A program made the translations under genes and the position numbers. The notes beneath the pieces were generated by a model. It saw nothing but the letters and a program-made list of their open reading frames with translations. It ran no database searches and was not told the DNA's origin. This document shows, one piece after another, positions 48,767-49,652 of a DNA stretch of 49,652 nt. The stretch's first letter is position 1, and every line of letters begins with the position of its first letter. Origin of the DNA: a virus (taxonomy: Duplodnaviria; Caudoviricetes); the IMG/VR virus record IMGVR_UViG_3300027791_000037, positions 1 through 49,652 of that record; one strand, given 5' to 3'.

Positions 48767-49652
48767 GTGATTTAATACCAATTGTAGACAAGACTTATTT
48801 ACTAGAAGAAAGTAAAACATTCTGCATGTTCCCTTGGTTGCATTTAAATGTAACTCCTAAAGGAGATATCTATCCTTGTTGTTCTAATGATTATACTACA
48901 CCATTTGGCAATACGAAAGAGACATCATTGAAAGAAGCATTTAACAATGATAAGATGAAACAATTACGTTTAGATATGTTAAACGATAAAAAGAACAGTG
49001 TATGTGATTTCTGTTATAAACATGAAGAAGCAGGTCCGCATAGTTTTAGAAACTATTCTAAAGAACATTTTGGTCAGCACTTTGACAAGTTAGTTCCTCA
49101 CACAGGGGCAGATGGTCATGTACATGATTTTAATATGCATTACTTTGACATTCGTTTCAGTAACATATGTAACTTCAAGTGTCGTACATGCGGTAGTGAG
49201 TTTAGTTCACAATGGGGAGCAGAGATGCGAGCCAATCATGACCCTAAACACCCTATCTTAATACATGCTGATGATCAAACAGGCACAGTGTTAGAAGAAG
49301 TCATAGAACATATTGATGAGATAGAACTATGTTACTTTGCTGGCGGTGAGCCAATGCTTACTGAAGAACATTTTTTAATGTTAGAAGAATTTATTAGACG
49401 TGGCAAGAAGCCTGTGTTAAGATACAATACTAACGCAAGTCAACTTAAATACAAGAAGTATGACATTTTAGAATTATGGAAACACTTTGATAAAGTAGAA
49501 GTAAGTTGTTCAGTTGATCACTTCGGTGAGAGAGCAGAATGGTTACGCAAAGGAACTGATTGGGGAGCAGTAGAAAACAATTTACTTATGTTTAGAGATT
49601 TAGAACAAGTAGAATTCTCAATGAACACAGTCTTCTCTATGTTTAACTATCC
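48763..49652 (+). CDS. Third tandem radical SAM protein (truncated by the window edge; not in the ORF track)
   Basis: ATGA overlap; MSDLIPIVDK...FCMFPW...YPCC...CDFC...CNFKCRTC...FAGGEP; open to the end. Confidence 0.88.
   Translation, partial: MSDLIPIVDKTYLLEESKTFCMFPWLHLNVTPKGDIYPCCSNDYTTPFGNTKETSLKEAFNNDKMKQLRLDMLNDKKNSVCDFCYKHEEAGPHSFRNYSKEHFGQHFDKLVPHTGADGHVHDFNMHYFDIRFSNICNFKCRTCGSEFSSQWGAEMRANHDPKHPILIHADDQTGTVLEEVIEHIDEIELCYFAGGEPMLTEEHFLMLEEFIRRGKKPVLRYNTNASQLKYKKYDILELWKHFDKVEVSCSVDHFGERAEWLRKGTDWGAVENNLLMFRDLEQVEFSMNTVFSMFNY

Noticed and set aside
1-49652. Stop-codon reassignment, as seen in some large phages
   Set aside because: TAA, TAG and TGA all end genes at sensible boundaries, and coding density is high under the standard code.

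Overview
This is a 49.6-kb AT-rich piece of a large T4-like (contractile-tailed, probably jumbo) phage genome; the host cannot be determined from the sequence. From the left it holds a partial tape-measure-like gene (-), a gp26/gp51-like tail-assembly pair (+) and a ~500-bp non-coding structured element. Next come a minus-strand operon (gp55-like late sigma factor, gp47/gp46 Mre11-Rad50 nuclease, a radical SAM enzyme, an Hjc-type resolvase) and a long plus-strand late operon of baseplate genes (gp48-, gp53-, gp27-, gp5-, gp25- and gp6-like, plus a 6419-aa gp7-like giant). Fibre/structural genes follow, then a cassette of three glycosyltransferase-like genes and three tandem radical SAM genes that runs off the window. 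The most notable observations are: (1) an unrecognised minus-strand structured RNA-like element at 2905-3250, abutting an AT-rich tract and a DNA-type GA-mismatch hairpin, which may be an RNA-primed origin; (2) a T-TTT-TTC -1 frameshift site that would fuse the gp26-like ORF to the ATG-less gp51-like ORF; (3) strong avoidance of GCWGC; (4) the glycosyltransferase and radical SAM cassette downstream of the fibre genes; (5) apparently leaderless late transcripts. All protein assignments come from motifs read by eye and from gene order, with no database searches.
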